Of a stretch of DNA of 64,000 nucleotides, positions 1 to 13,128 are shown one piece after another. The notes below the pieces were generated by a model. The model worked only from the letters and a program-made list of their open reading frames with translations, made no database searches and was not told where the DNA came from. This stretch comes from Lama glama. Taxonomy: Eukaryota. Where the stretch lies: positions 26,228,001 through 26,292,000 of the forward strand of contig CM052816.1 in the NCBI GenBank assembly GCA_028534125.1, read 5' to 3'. Each line of letters starts with the position of its first letter. Within the stretch, counting starts at the first letter, position 1. Both the position numbers and the translations under genes were made by a program.

Positions 1-25
1 AGACTAGAAGAGTATTTTCTACTAC

Positions 26-1407
26 CTGTGTATAGTTACTCTATGTAAAGGTAAAGGTGTTCTTTTTCCTTTTGGTTGATGCTACCACTGTTTAAAATGC
101 TAAGTATGCTCAAAATTGATCTTCCATAATAAAGATGCAAACTGAAAAAAATACGCAAAGTGAATGACAGTGGAGTCATTACGTTTCACCACAGAGTAAT
201 ATAAAAGCACAATTTGAGAGCTGCATCTAAGATATACCTTTCCCCCAGTCTTTCCTAGGAATTGTTAATAATGGTGGGAGATTTCACATTGTTAATTGAG
301 AAACTTGAGGAAATTATCATTTTGATAGCTCTTGTCTTCCTTTTGAAAGGGAGAAAAATGGGCCACTTCTGTGAACATAATTTCATTTCTCCAAGCTGTT
401 TAAGATAGTTATTTTCATGTGGAATGTTCACATCAGCTTGTAAACCGATATATAAGAACTTAAGTTAAAATGTTTCCACTCCGTATACTAATGTGTAGCT
501 CTTGTATTCATCCAAGAATTGGGCCCCTCACAATTATAGCATCTGTTTTTGTTTGGTTAATTTTATAATCTCAGATGTTTCCATAAATCCTGAATTAAAG
601 AGAAAACTGCTGGGACCAATTTGTGTGGGTAGGCTAAATGTGGTAGTCTACCATCACTGCGCAACAGTGTTTTGCTTTCCTTTCCCTATGGTTTGTTATT
701 ACAGATATCACATTTCGGCAAATGCTTCCATGCTTTAAAAAAAAAAAAAAGGAAAAATGATATTGCACAGAAAATGGTCAATTTCATCTCATCTCAGTTA
801 GATTATGGTATTTGGGATTTCGGTCATTTGCGCCATCGAGAAGATGATAAACATGTTGGTCACTTTTACCTCTATCAGAAAATTTTCTGCCAAGTTCAGA
901 GTTGTTTCTAGTTCCTTAAAGTATTTCAACACACAAGGACAAATGCTTCTCTAGTAGTGAAAAAACAGGGTCAATGAGGAGGATGATCAGGGATTCAGAA
1001 ATACCATATTGTTTTCTTAAATGTACTTCAAAGAAAAATAGTCACAGTAAAAATATGGAACATTGTAAATAGGCCACGATTTTATGTCTTTCTATATGAC
1101 TGGTCCAATTCTGCCATACTGAGTAATTAAGAACCAGCACGGTGTCTTTATAGATTTCTTTCTAACAACACAGTAATAAAGGGAGCAGTTCTTTTTATTC
1201 TCTGTTCACTTCATGAAGAACTGAATGGGCAGTGACTTTTCAAGCGGCTCTAAGATTGCACTGAAATTAGAAAAGCCTAAAGTATGTGGAAAATACGTTC
1301 ATTGTTTTAGAGTTCCCTCAGATTGTAGGGTACAACTTACAAGACAGTCAACTTAAATATTTATTCAGTCATTGTTAGGGTATTTTTTTTTTTAAATCTC
1401 ATTAGCA
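26..1407 (-). pseudogene. Candidate decayed multi-exon gene fragment (possible unitary pseudogene, weakly DH/RhoGEF-like)
   Basis: Series of minus-strand polypyrimidine-AG acceptors and GT donors delimiting 1260-1120, 914-870, 732-652, 339-238 and 141-26. Translations are protein-like (ELETTLNLAENFLIE; HGSICRNVISVITNH...; EDKSYQNDNFLKFLN*QCE...; FASLLWK...) but several contain stops. Family assignment is inference only. Confidence 0.4.
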
Positions 1408-2029
1408 CTGAAGACAATGGAGTCACAAATAAAAAGAAGCATCTCTGTCAACTACTGCTCCTTTGCTGTCTAGGTGAAATCCTTTTTGAGTTCTGCTCAT
1501 TTGTAGATGAATGATTTGGGGGACTACACTGGAGGATTGATATTTTTAATTGAAGGCAAAAAAAGCCTGCTAGTTCTATCTCTCAGATTGTAATAATTTT
1601 TTCCAATAAAATGAAGTTATTTATCTAATTTTCATTTAGAAGACAATTGAACTTTTTCAAAATGGTTCTAGTTCTTTTATAAAAATTAATTGATGGCATT
1701 CATTTAAGTCAAACTTCTGAATTTTTAATTTTGGAACTAATTTTATGTGCTTTGGAGAATGTAGTTTCCTCCTTATTGAGAAATGTAATATAATTTCATT
1801 TATCATTATAGCACTGAGGGATGCTCTTAAAATAATAAGTTATCTTTTATCAAGCTTTCCCTTACAAATTATTTGAATTTTGGTTATTTTAGGTAAGAAC
1901 TTGCCATTGTATTTAGTGAAAACTTTGTAGTCAGTTTTAGTTATGAGACATGGTGAAGAAAGGTATAAAATAAGCTGTAGAAGAAAGTAGCAAATCTGAC
2001 TCTTAAAACACTGTAAGGAATAGGTACAA

Positions 2030-2185
2030 AGTTACAGCTCTGGAGTATAAGACCCTACATCAAGTAGTTAACGTCTCTGAGCTCATGAATAACAACAACA
2101 ACAACAACAACAACAACATTGAAGGGGTACTGGGAGAATTAAGTGAGAAACTAGTGTAACATGCCTAGCACAGTGTCTAGGATAA
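2030..2185 (+). mobile_element. MIR SINE relic with internal (AAC)n microsatellite
   Basis: MIR core-like 'caagtagttaacgtctctgagctca...gagaattaagtgaga...cctagcacagtgtct'; (AAC)n at ~2092-2117. Confidence 0.65.
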
Positions 2186-2873
2186 ATACTCTCTCTCTCT
2201 ATATATATATAGGTCTAGGTATAGATCTACAGAGCAATAGATATAAAATTAAAAACATATATAATATTAAAAATTAATTATCTCAAGTGTCACATCGATA
2301 ATTTTCAAACCTTTCTTTGTCAAAACTTGTGTGATTTAGATATGACTAAACAGAAAAAAATGCCAAAGAAAATCAAATCCTTCTTGCTTTATAATATGCC
2401 CTTTCAAGTCTACCTAGAAGTGAATATATGCATATTTAAGCAATTATAGAAAGAAAGGTGAAGAGTATCAATAATATTCCAATTAATATTTATATTTCAT
2501 TTGGTGTAAAATCCTAAAATTAGTTCTAATAAAAGACCTAAATTAGTGTCAGAAAATAATTTATTATTAATAATTTGGATTCACAAGTATTTAGCAATTT
2601 TTTCCTGGAGGATTCAAAATAATTTTTGTGTTATTTACATAAACACACATTACTTTATTAAAACAAAATATATTGTTTCTTTTAAACTTTTTTCTGTATT
2701 TTAAAATTTTAACTTCCTTAGTTCTACCAAACAAGAGCATATAAATAATAATTTAGAAACGTTAGTATTTTGAAACTTTCTATAATCTTTTTTGCTATAT
2801 ATACAATATATTTAAACTAAAAATGTTATTTAATCCCAGTACTAGTAAAACTATTTTTAACATTTTGTGTCTC

Positions 2874-3312
2874 TGTGAGGTCTGGTTCCCTAGAAACCAA
2901 GCCTGCAACTGGGAATCAGGTGCGAATGGTTAATTTAGTGCTCTAGGGGCAAGGGAGGTAAGGGGTGAGGCAGGGGAAGGAGCTGGGGAAGTTGGTGGAA
3001 TCAGCTCAAGTCTCAGGTTGATGATCTTATGGAGAACTTAGAGAATGGACTGCACTCCAGTGTCGGTCACCACTTGAGACAATAGGCCAGGCCATTGTGT
3101 TCTGTATAATTTAGTCATTGACTGCAGGATGCCCCCATAGGAGGGGGTTGTAACTGTAAGCAAGGCAGTTCCTATTTGGTGAAGGACACCTCTTCAGAGA
3201 AAGGAGGCGGTAGTGAGCTGTCAGCAGGCTGTGCCCATAGCAGCTGTGATGTGGATGCCCTGACCCAGTAAAAGTGATAGATATAGAGGATGCACCTACA
3301 GCATTCACTACA
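2874..3312 (-). mobile_element. Ancient ERVL solo LTR (LTR33-like)
   Basis: TG...CA termini; 'ggtctggttccctagaaaccaagcctg' and 'cagcattcactaca' resemble recalled LTR33 ends. Confidence 0.6.
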
Positions 3313-4938
3313 CTGTCCTTTCAGACCTAAACAAATATGGATTATTTTACCTACAGAGTAAAATTAGATAGTATGCTTTATTTTAATTCCTTTTTAAAAC
3401 TTTAACAATGTACGATGAATATTTTTCCATGTTAACACATACATTTCTGTAACAGATGCATACTTCATTATAACTACAGATATCTCACATCTGTCAGATT
3501 ATTTTCAGATATCTCTTTTGGTTGGAAAAGTATTTTTATTTAAATATTTGTCTCGGAAGTTACAAGTGTTGAACTATTTATTGTTTTATCTTTCATACAT
3601 TTCCCCGAGTTACATTTATGTACCTCTCCTTGTCCTTACCCCTACGTAAATAAACTTCTACATTGCTCTTTCTAGGGTAGTTCTTTTCCAGTTAGTTTCA
3701 TCTCTTGGTCTTGGTCAAGATTGCAAAAAATGAATGTCTTTTTATGCCAATGCTTGAATCCAAAAACTTAAATTAGATTTACTTCTGCTTAAATATGAAA
3801 AAAAGTTAAATTACTCATGATGTGGAAAAATTGGATAGAGAAATTGTGACTAGTGAAACTAGTTTTGCTCAGAGAAAACTTTCTGTTTCTTTATGTGTTT
3901 CGGAAATTTTTCTAGCTTTTCACTTTCATCCAAGAACTTCATAATGGATAGCTATGTGCCCTAGAAATTTTGTGCTACAGTGATTAAAACATGTCAGGAC
4001 TGATATATATTTCAGGGTTTTCAAATTTTCCTTTGAGTCCATATTTTTTATGTTTAATATAAGTAGATCATATTTTTGTCATAATTTTATATATAATTTG
4101 AACGGCTTTTAACTTTCTGCATATCTCATTTTGGTTTCTATTATACACAAGCAGCCAATATTTATTAAGCATCTATTTATAAATCATTGGATGAGAAGTT
4201 GTGGAAAATTGGAAAGTATTCAAGGTCCCTGACCTCAAGGAGCTTAAAATCTAGATGTGGGGAGAGATAAATAATGATATAGGAAAAAATAACCACATGG
4301 AATTGAGGTGGCAAGACAATCTGTTAATAAGCAATGGCATTGTAAGAAAATATGTTTTATACGTTCATATGAGAACCCAGCATGACTTAGAAAACTTTCT
4401 TTAAACAGTGGAATTTGAACTGCTATTACAAGATACGGAGAATCTGGCAACCACAGAAGATGGGAGAGGCTTCTAGAAAGAGAGTTAAGAGTTTGAATGA
4501 GGCAGAGAGGTAGAAAGCCCAGGCAGAGGTCTGACTATAATTTTTTAGGAAGTTCATATGATTCAATAAATAAAACCAAATCAGGTAATTTGGAAGGAAA
4601 AAAAAGGAAGGAGAAAGGAAGGAGGGAAGGAAGGAGGGAAGGGAAAAAGAGCGAAGGAGGAAGGAAGAAAAGTCCTAGTTGGCTGTCCTGACTTTCAGAG
4701 AAATTTTCACATCTTTTGTACTAAATTATGGAATATAGCATTTTCATGTCTTATTCATATTGTCTGAAGATGCTGGCCAAATAAGTCCCTCTTAATTTAA
4801 GGAAATGCAAATTGTTTAGTGTTTTTTAAGTTTATTCTCGTGAATAAGGACAAGCAGTATGTTTTATTTTTTAATATATGATTTGAGTGAGACTTGGAAA
4901 TTTTGTTGGTCTTCACAGATCATATTATTTCTAAACTA

Positions 4939-5143
4939 TAGTTGACCCTTGAACAACAGGGTTTTGAACTATGTGGGCCCACTTAACACATGAATTTCTA
5001 ATACCGTTGTAGAACAAGATCTAAGGTTGGTTGAATCCGTGGGTGTAGAACTGAAGACACAAGGACCAAGTGTAAAGTTATACATGGAATCTTGACTGCA
5101 CAGGGTTGACATGCTAATCCCCATGTTGTTCAGTGGTCAACTG
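4939..5143. mobile_element. Tigger-family (Tc1/mariner) non-autonomous DNA transposon, Tigger2-like
   Basis: Terminal inverted repeats 'tagttgacccttgaacaaca' / 'tgttgttcagtggtcaactg' flanked by TA at 4937-4938 and 5144-5145. Confidence 0.85.
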
Positions 5144-5849
5144 TACAGCATCCAGAAATGGACATTCAGAAAAAAAGAATGTAAAAAAAGTTCAGCTTCA
5201 TTTTCCTGCACAAAATGATAAAAAAGCAAGAAGGATGAAAAACTTTGGAGGAACTTCTGTAATTTTATCTTCCATAAAAATTAAAATGTTGCCTCAACTC
5301 CTGTATCAAACCGTGAAGAACAGCTGTTGAATGTGGTATTTATATCATAGCAAGAGAGAATATTAAGGGAGATATCATAGCATTGCAGATTTGGGGTGGA
5401 ATCTAGGGTAATCCAGAAGGAGGTGGCATGGCCCTGAGAAACTCAAGCAACAATCCCTACTTTGGGATTGTGGTTGTGGGCCAAGTTTGTTAGCAGGAAC
5501 GTCCCCAGTCGCATTTCACCCAATGGTATGGGGTTGGGGGTCGGGAAATCTGGCTTGGATGAGACTGTGTTCATTCTTACCCAACACTCCTTTCAGAAAC
5601 AGTGGAGTAGAGTGTGCATATTTGCAGCTGCTGGTGATGATGCCTGAAGAGAAAGAAAGAAATACTAAATGAGCACACAAAACACTTGTGTGTGTTATAA
5701 CTGAGAATTTGCTAGTCAGCCCAAAGGGAGAAACTAGAATGACCAGAGCCCATATGAAACATGATAAAGTGTGTGACAGATATGTTGAATAGGAACACTG
5801 GGGCAACATATTTGAATTGCCATGCCATGTAACCCAGCCCACGCTCCCA

Positions 5850-6420
5850 ACACGTTACTATTTCTTTCCATAGCAGGTAGCTCACCTGGAGGAAAAGGCC
5901 TCCACTAAAAGGTGAGGAATAATAAGAAGGGAACCATCAACAATACTACCGGGGAAAAAAAAGGAGGCAAGAAATACAAGGAAAAAAGTAACAAGTGAAA
6001 CTACACATCAGAAGAAAAATTACAGCAGAAAGTTGAATACATGAATCAAATATTTTTTATTATTATGTCAGACATTAAAATATAAACTTTTTGAAACAAC
6101 AGTTAAAAAACAGATATAGTGTATCCTATTCAAAAGGAACAGATGGAAAAAGAGCTGGGAAAAAAATGAAAGAAACATATAACACAATTACAGTGAAAAA
6201 ACAATCACAGAGAAGCAACAAAATGTGAAATGAATATGTTACAAACAGGATCATAGACATATAGGAAGGGATTGAAAATTATAGCAAAATAAAGTGTCAA
6301 AGAACAAAGATTAATAATTAGAAAAATAATACACAAAAGATGGATAAAGAAAAGCCAATAAATGGACAACTGGGAGGAAAATTCAAAAATATAATAGAAG
6401 AAGCCTTATAATAAAGAAAG
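5850..6420 (+). mobile_element. Highly decayed L1 ORF1-region fragment
   Basis: Strongly A-rich sequence typical of old L1M 5'/ORF1 regions; boundaries approximate. Confidence 0.4.
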
Positions 6421-6979
6421 AGTTCAGTTTTTGTCATACTTGTATTAAAGTGTTGCCTCTGATAATAACCCCAATTTACTTACGAAAAATGTCTAAATAA
6501 TAAACAAATAACTAGGAGAAAAATTGGAACCCTATTCAGTATTAATAAGCAGTTAATGCAGAGCCACTACAAGCATATACAGTGATATTTTAGATATCTA
6601 AACTCCTAAAACTTAGCACCAGAATTTCTCAGATTCCAAATTTCTCACCTAAAACTTTGGTTAGAGAGCTTCCAAGAAGTATTACAGAGCCCACGATCTG
6701 AAGTTCTGTTAGCATTATTCTTAAAGGGTACTGGGCCATGTCTACTTGGAACATTTCACTCCTCCCTACTACAGAGATCCAAGAGACAGAGTTTGGGAAG
6801 GTATTGTTTTGTTTTGTTTTCTTTTCTTTTGATACACTTCTGGAAGTCAGTGACACCACTGAGCTCTTCTTTGGCTCTGTACAAAGCCATGTACTACTCC
6901 TTCTCTTTCTAGAGATAAGTAAAAGATTTAAGAGACATAAAATAATACAGCATTTCTTAGGTCACAAGAAATATTTCTT

Positions 6980-8231
6980 TTTTTAAACATTTTTTATTGA
7001 TTTATAATCATTTTACAATGTTGTGTCAAATTCCAGTGTTCAGCACAATTTTTCAGTCATTCATGGACATATACACACTCATTGTCACATTTTTTTCTCT
7101 GTGAGTTATCATAACATTTTGTGTATATTTCCCTGTGCTATACAGTGTAATCTTGTTTATCTATTCTACAATTNNNNNNNNNNNNNNNNNNNNNNNNNNN
7201 NNNNNNNNNNNNNNNNNNNNNNNNNNNNNNNNNNNNNNNNNNNNNNNNNNNNNNNNNNNNNNNNNNNNNNNNNNNNNNNNNNNNNNNNNNNNNNNNNNNN
7301 NNNNNNNNNNNNNNNNNNNNNNNNNNNNNNNNNNNNNNNNNNNNNNNNNNNNNNNNNNNNNNNNNNNNNNNNNNNNNNNNNNNNNNNNNNNNNNNNNNNN
7401 NNNNNNNNNNNNNNNNNNNNNNNNNNNNNNNNNNNNNNNNNNNNNNNNNNNNNNNNNNNNNNNNNNNNNNNNNNNNNNNNNNNNNNNNNNNNNNNNNNNN
7501 NNNNNNNNNNNNNNNNNNNNNNNNNNNNNNNNNNNNNNNNNNNNNNNNNNNNNNNNNNNNNNNNNNNNNNNNNNNNNNNNNNNNNNNNNNNNNNNNNNNN
7601 NNNNNNNNNNNNNNNNNNNNNNNNNNNNNNNNNNNNNNNNNNNNNNNNNNNNNNNNNNNNNNNNNNNNNNNNNACACTCATTGTCACATTTTTTTCTCTG
7701 TGAGTTATCATAACATTTTGTGTATATTTCCCTGTGCTATACAGTGTAATCTTGTTTATCTATTCTACAATTTTGAAATCCCAGTCTATCCCTTCCCACC
7801 CTCCACCCCCCTGGTAACCACAAGTCTGTATTCTCTGTCTGTGAGTCTATTTCTGTCCTGTATTTACGCTTTGTTTTTGTTTGTTTATTTTTGTTTTTGT
7901 TTTTTAGATTCCACATATGAGTGATCTCATATGGTATTTTTCTTTCTCTTTCTGGCTTGCTTCACTTAGAATGACATTCTCCAGGAGCATCCATGTTGCT
8001 GCAAATGGCATTATGTTGTCGGTTTTTATGGCTGAATAGTATTCCATTGTATAAATATACCACCTCTTCTTTATCCAGTCACCTGTTGATGGACATTTAG
8101 GTTGTTTCCATGTTTTGGCTATTGTAAATAGTGCTGCTGTGAACATTGAGGTGCAGGTGTCATCCTGAAGTAGATTTCCTTCTGGATACAAGCCCAGGAG
8201 TGGGATTCCTGGGTCATATGGTAAGAAAGGT
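6980..8231 (-). mobile_element. Young 5'-truncated LINE-1 (camelid-type 3'UTR, ORF2 C-terminus), split by an assembly gap
   Basis: ORF 7904..8248(-) encodes the L1 ORF2 C-terminus (PYDPGIPLLGLYP...MFTAALFTIAKTWKQPKCPS...WYIYTMEYYSAIK); T-tail at 6978-6984; perfect 14-bp TSD AAGAAATATTTCTT at 6966-6979 and 8232-8245. Confidence 0.95.
7174..7673. other. Assembly gap (500 N) with duplicated flanks
   Basis: N run; 7075-7173 is repeated identically at 7674-7772. Confidence 0.97.
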
Positions 8232-8509
8232 AAGAAATATTTCTTCACAGCTTAATTACATTAGAAGACAGCTTAATTTAGTACAGAAATTATATAGGTT
8301 ATTCATGTATTTATTACATAATTATACTGATTAATTTATATAAATGAGAAGCATTTCCACATACATTGTTCAATATATTTACACAAATGGAAAGGTCACA
8401 ACCTCATTTTGAACATTTAAGAAGTCCTGGTCATTTTGGCATGCAGAGTGCATTGTTAGAAAGCAAAAATGGTACATTAATTGTGAAATGATAGCTATTT
8501 CTTTGTCAT

Positions 8510-9500
8510 GAGAGCAAGCAATGACTCAGAGGGCAGAGCCAAGACCCTGATGCGCAAGACAAGAGCCAAGAGAACAATGTATCATGAAATTATTCCCAGA
8601 GGGCAGAGCTGGTCCCTAACCAAAGAACAATCTCTGTTTCCAGAATAAGGGGCCTTTGAAAATATGTACCTGACCAGATTTCATGACTGCTATGGATCAA
8701 TGGCTCTATACACCTTCCATTTTCCTCTTTCTTGAATAAAAGTGTCTATTACAGTTATCTTACCCCTATCTCTCTATTGCATTTTGGACGTATGTGTGGA
8801 GGTGAGGTGGGCAGGGCAGATAACTTGTCATTGCAGTTTACAGAGAGTCACATTTGAGCAACTGCATCTGAGTAACTGGTTCAGTGGAGACTTGTCCTCC
8901 ATATTTAATGATGCAATCCTGGACTTAGAGCTGTTACTGTAATTAAACAAGACTTTTGGGGTCTTCAGAGGCAGATAGTGTATTTTGCACGTGCAAGGGA
9001 CGTGTGTTGTTGTGACCAGAGGCTGGAGGGTAGTTGTTTGTCTTCAGAGATGACTCTCCGGCAATCCTTATCATCTCTCTATGTGCATGTCTCTCATGAA
9101 GAAGTACACAGTCCATTTCTCCTTGAATCTGGGCTGGCCTTGTGATATACTTTGATCAACAGAACTCTATGGATACGGTGCAGTGCATTTGAGAAGCTGG
9201 GTTTTAAAAGGCCTGGCAGCTTCTTCTTTGTTCTTTTGGTATACTCTTGTTGCTGTTAAAGGAATCCTAGCCTAGACTAAGTGACCAGAGACTATGAGGA
9301 AAGCAGGGGGCCCAGCCACCCCAGTTCCCCTGCTGAGCTTAGCCCCAGTGAACTCAGCTGACTTCAGCTATGTGAGTAAGCTCAGTAAGACCAGCAAGGC
9401 TTCCACCCAGCCAACCTACAGAACAGTGACAAGCAAAACATGATTAATGTTACGGGTCACTGAAATTCGGAGCAGTCTGTTACACAGCAACGAGTAGCAG
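8510..9500 (+). mobile_element. ERVL-MaLR relic: MLT1 internal fragment plus MLT1-type LTR (~9030-9500)
   Basis: MLT1 LTR motifs 'cttgaatctgggctggccttgtga', 'ccacccagccaacctacagaac', 'gttacacagcaa'. Confidence 0.6.
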
Positions 9501-11419
9501 TAGCGTGAAGTGCTCCCAATTGGATTTCAGATGTTTCTAGCCATGTGTTAGAAACTAGTGAAATATGCCAGGCAGGATACCACTTAAAAATATTTTTTGG
9601 TTAAAGGAAAATGAGACAAGGGCTTGCATATATAGGGAGAAAGCAAAGGGAGAGGTTGGAAAGAATGGCAAAAACAGCATTGCCTGCCTTCGACTTTAGC
9701 TATAAGCCTAAACTCCTGACAGGGTCCTGCAGGAATGAACAGATGGCACTTGGAAATATAGCTTCTTGCCAGTGTAACAAGAGTGACTTGGAAATTACCA
9801 GTGTGACAGGCATTTTCTCTCTTTGTGTGAAGAGAAGGAGCACAGCTGCACTCTGGCTCTTTGGACACTGACCACTTTGTGGCCACTGGAGGATGGTGCC
9901 GGGATGTAGATGTTGTTCTTGCCGTTGGGCAGGTGCGCTGCAGAGTGTCCCTGCAAGGACCTCTGCTGTCTTCATGAACGAGTTAGTGAGCAAGAGAACA
10001 TGGAACGTGCTAAGACCATCTATGAGCTCCTAAAACTCCACTCCTCCTTGCTCTCCTAGATCAAGCTGGGTCATATTTTGAGGTGGCTTCATTAACATAT
10101 GGGCAGTGGAGTAGTGAAATTCAGCTATCATTGTTAACATGGCCTTATTTGAACTCGTAAGTTGATGACTCCTGGACAAATTCAGGCCACATCGTGATAC
10201 TTTTATTTATATATGTAATTGTATTTAATATATATGTTATATATAATATAATAATACATACTTATATACCTAAGTATAATATCTTTTTGTAGTATCGTGT
10301 TTCTTTCATACACATTAACTCTTTTAAAAGCCTCCTGACCAACTTGTGAAGTATGTAGGGCAATATTATTTTCTTCATTTTTAGCTGATAAGTAAAGTCA
10401 TCTTAGGAGATTAAAGGACTTTCCCAAGATTACAAAATAAAAATGAAAGAACTAGTTTAGCTCTCCTAATTGTAGTAATCAGTGGGGTTTCACTGCTTAC
10501 ATGCCAGATTGGATATAATTTATATAAGTACTGACTGTGGAATTTTTCATCTGTATGCATATCAGTATATATATGTATACACATACATACATACATACAC
10601 ACACATTTGTACACTCATCTACACATGTGTAAATTTATTCTGAAGACACATTCTTATATCTTAAAATATATAAAAACAAAATATTACTGTGATATAAATT
10701 ACTATCTTGTCATAAAAATATATTCCCCATAAAATGTTCTCTCTATATATGCTAATACAGTATATCAAAAATATGTTTGCTTACTCTGTGTATTCATTTA
10801 TTAAAATTATTCTTGCAAATTCATTTCTATTATCTAGCATAGTGTTTTAGGTATAGTCACTACTGATATAATGTTGTCTAGCAAAAAGGTTATGCATCAC
10901 CAGTTTCCACTGAAGTAAGCTGTCATCAGCACATTTCCTTATGAAATAATATTCATTAAAAATAGGATATTCTGTTAGCTAAAGTGACAGCTCGTCACCT
11001 TGTCAATTTCCTCTAATAATATACACTCCTACATTAGGGTGCTAACAAGACAGAAGGTAGCATTTCAGTCGTCTACTACAGTGTCAAAATGGGAGACTAG
11101 ATATACTGTATTCAAATAAAAGATGCCAATTAAATGCATTCTCTCTACAGTCAGTGCTTCAGTACCATACAATAATGTGATCTGTATCCTTGTTACCCAT
11201 TATTAGATACTAGTGGCCTACCACATTCAGTTTCTCTCTTCCTCTCTCCTTTTTCAGTATTAACCCCAAGCATATTTTCATAGCTACTACAAGACTTGGT
11301 AGGGGATTGCCATATCAGGGAATGCTGAGATCTGGAGCTTTGGCAGATGCACAGGAGTACAGAAAAAAAATAACCAAAACACTTATGGGAGGAAGCATAA
11401 TATATAAGATGAATATGTT

Positions 11420-11630
11420 TGGAGTCTGTCAGAATAAAATTGAAATCTTTACTACTGCTCAGCTGTCTGACTTCATGCAAATAATTAACTTTTCCAATCC
11501 TCAATTTCTTTTTATGAAAATGGGGATATTAGTTCTACCTCATGGGAGAGTATGAGGATTAAATGGGACGACGTTTGTAAAGGGTTTAGCCCAGAGCCCA
11601 GCATGTAATAGGAGCCCAGTAAATGCCAGC
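11420..11630 (+). mobile_element. MIR SINE
   Basis: 'cctcaatttctttttatgaaaatggggatattagttctacctcatggg...tgaggattaaatgg...gtaaagggtttagc' matches the MIR core. Confidence 0.8.
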
Positions 11631-12657
11631 TCTCGCCATGTGCCTCATTTTAAAGATGCCATTCCACTGAGAAGTCAGTTCTCCATCTTATTGTTGCTCC
11701 TCTGAATGCTTTAAGGGGTTTTTATCTTTGTTTTTCAACAGTTTAACTAGACATACCTAGTTTTATTTTCCTTTATATTCAAAGAAAATGCTTGAGGTTC
11801 ATTGTAGTAACTTGTGGCTTGAAGTCTTTTACCTGCTTTGAAAAATTCTCAAAAATTATCTTTGTAAGACCTGCGTCTAGTGCATTCTCTTTCTTCTTTG
11901 CCTCTAGAACTCCAGTTATACCTGTGTCAGTCTTTATTCCTGAGTCTAGAATTCTGTCCCTTTCCATATTTTTAATTCTTTTTAAAATTCTGCACTTCAG
12001 CCTGACTAAACCTCTCTCTAGCTATGTCTAATTTTCTGGTAAATTCCTTTATTAGATTCTTTCTTTTCTGTAAAATTTTATTATAAAAAATATTCAGACA
12101 CGCTGAAGAGTTGAAAGAATTTCACATTAAACAGCCAGATGTCCACCAACTAGATTCTGTCATTAATATCACATTATACTTGCATTATTATGTATCTGCC
12201 TAACCATCTACCTGTACATTCATCAGTCCATTTACTCTTTAATGCATTTCAAAATAAAATGTAGACATCACTACACTTTCTTCTAAATACCTCAGCATGC
12301 ATGCCATTAGCTAGAATTCAGTATTTGTTGATAGTAGTTTTTTTTTTGAGGTAGAATTTATATACATTGAAATGTACAAATCTTAAATATTCACTTACTG
12401 AGTTTTGATAAATGCAAACACTTGTGCAACCCAACCCTCTACCAAGAATAGAACATTATCATCAGCCAAGCCCCTTCCCAGCCAGTCCCAACTTCCACAC
12501 CCATAAGCAAGCACTGTTCTAATTTTTTTTCCACCACAGGTTAGTTTTGCCTGTTCTAAATCTTCATATAAAGTGAATCATACAGTATGTATCTTTTATG
12601 TAAGGCTTTTTTACACGTGATGCTTTTGAGATGCATGTTGTTAACTATATTAGCAGT

Positions 12658-13128
12658 TGTATTAATTTCCTAGGGCAGCTGTAAAAAAGTATCAAACATT
12701 GAGTGGCTTAAAACAACAGAAATTTATTGTCTCACAATTCTGGAGACTAGAAGATGAAATCAAGGCATTGGCAGAACCTTGTTCTCTCTGATGGTTCTTG
12801 AGGAGAAGTCATCCTTGCTGCTTCTAGCTTTCGGTGTTGGCCAGCAACCTTTGGCATTCCTTGGCTCAAAGATGCCTCATGACAGGCGGATAATGTCTTC
12901 TTACTGTGTATCTTCATGTCGTCTTCCTCTGTGTGTCTGTCTCTGTGTCCGAATTTCCCCTTTTCATAAGGACACCAGTCATATTGGATTACGGCCCACC
13001 CTAATGACCTCATTTTAACTTAATTACCACTATAAAACCCTCATTTCCAAGTAAGGTCACATTGTGAGATACTTCGGGGTTAGGACTTAAACATGTCTAT
13101 TTGGAGGATATAGTTCAACCCCAAAACA
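12658..13128 (-). mobile_element. MLT1 (MLT1B/C-like) MaLR solo LTR
   Basis: 'tgtattaatttcctagggcagctg...ggcttaaaacaacagaaatttattgtctcac...aaggacaccagtcatattggatta...ttcaaccccaaaaca'; TG...CA ends. Confidence 0.9.

Noticed and set aside
7023..7713. Four long ORFs of 179-226 aa
   Set aside because: They are long only because they cross the N gap.
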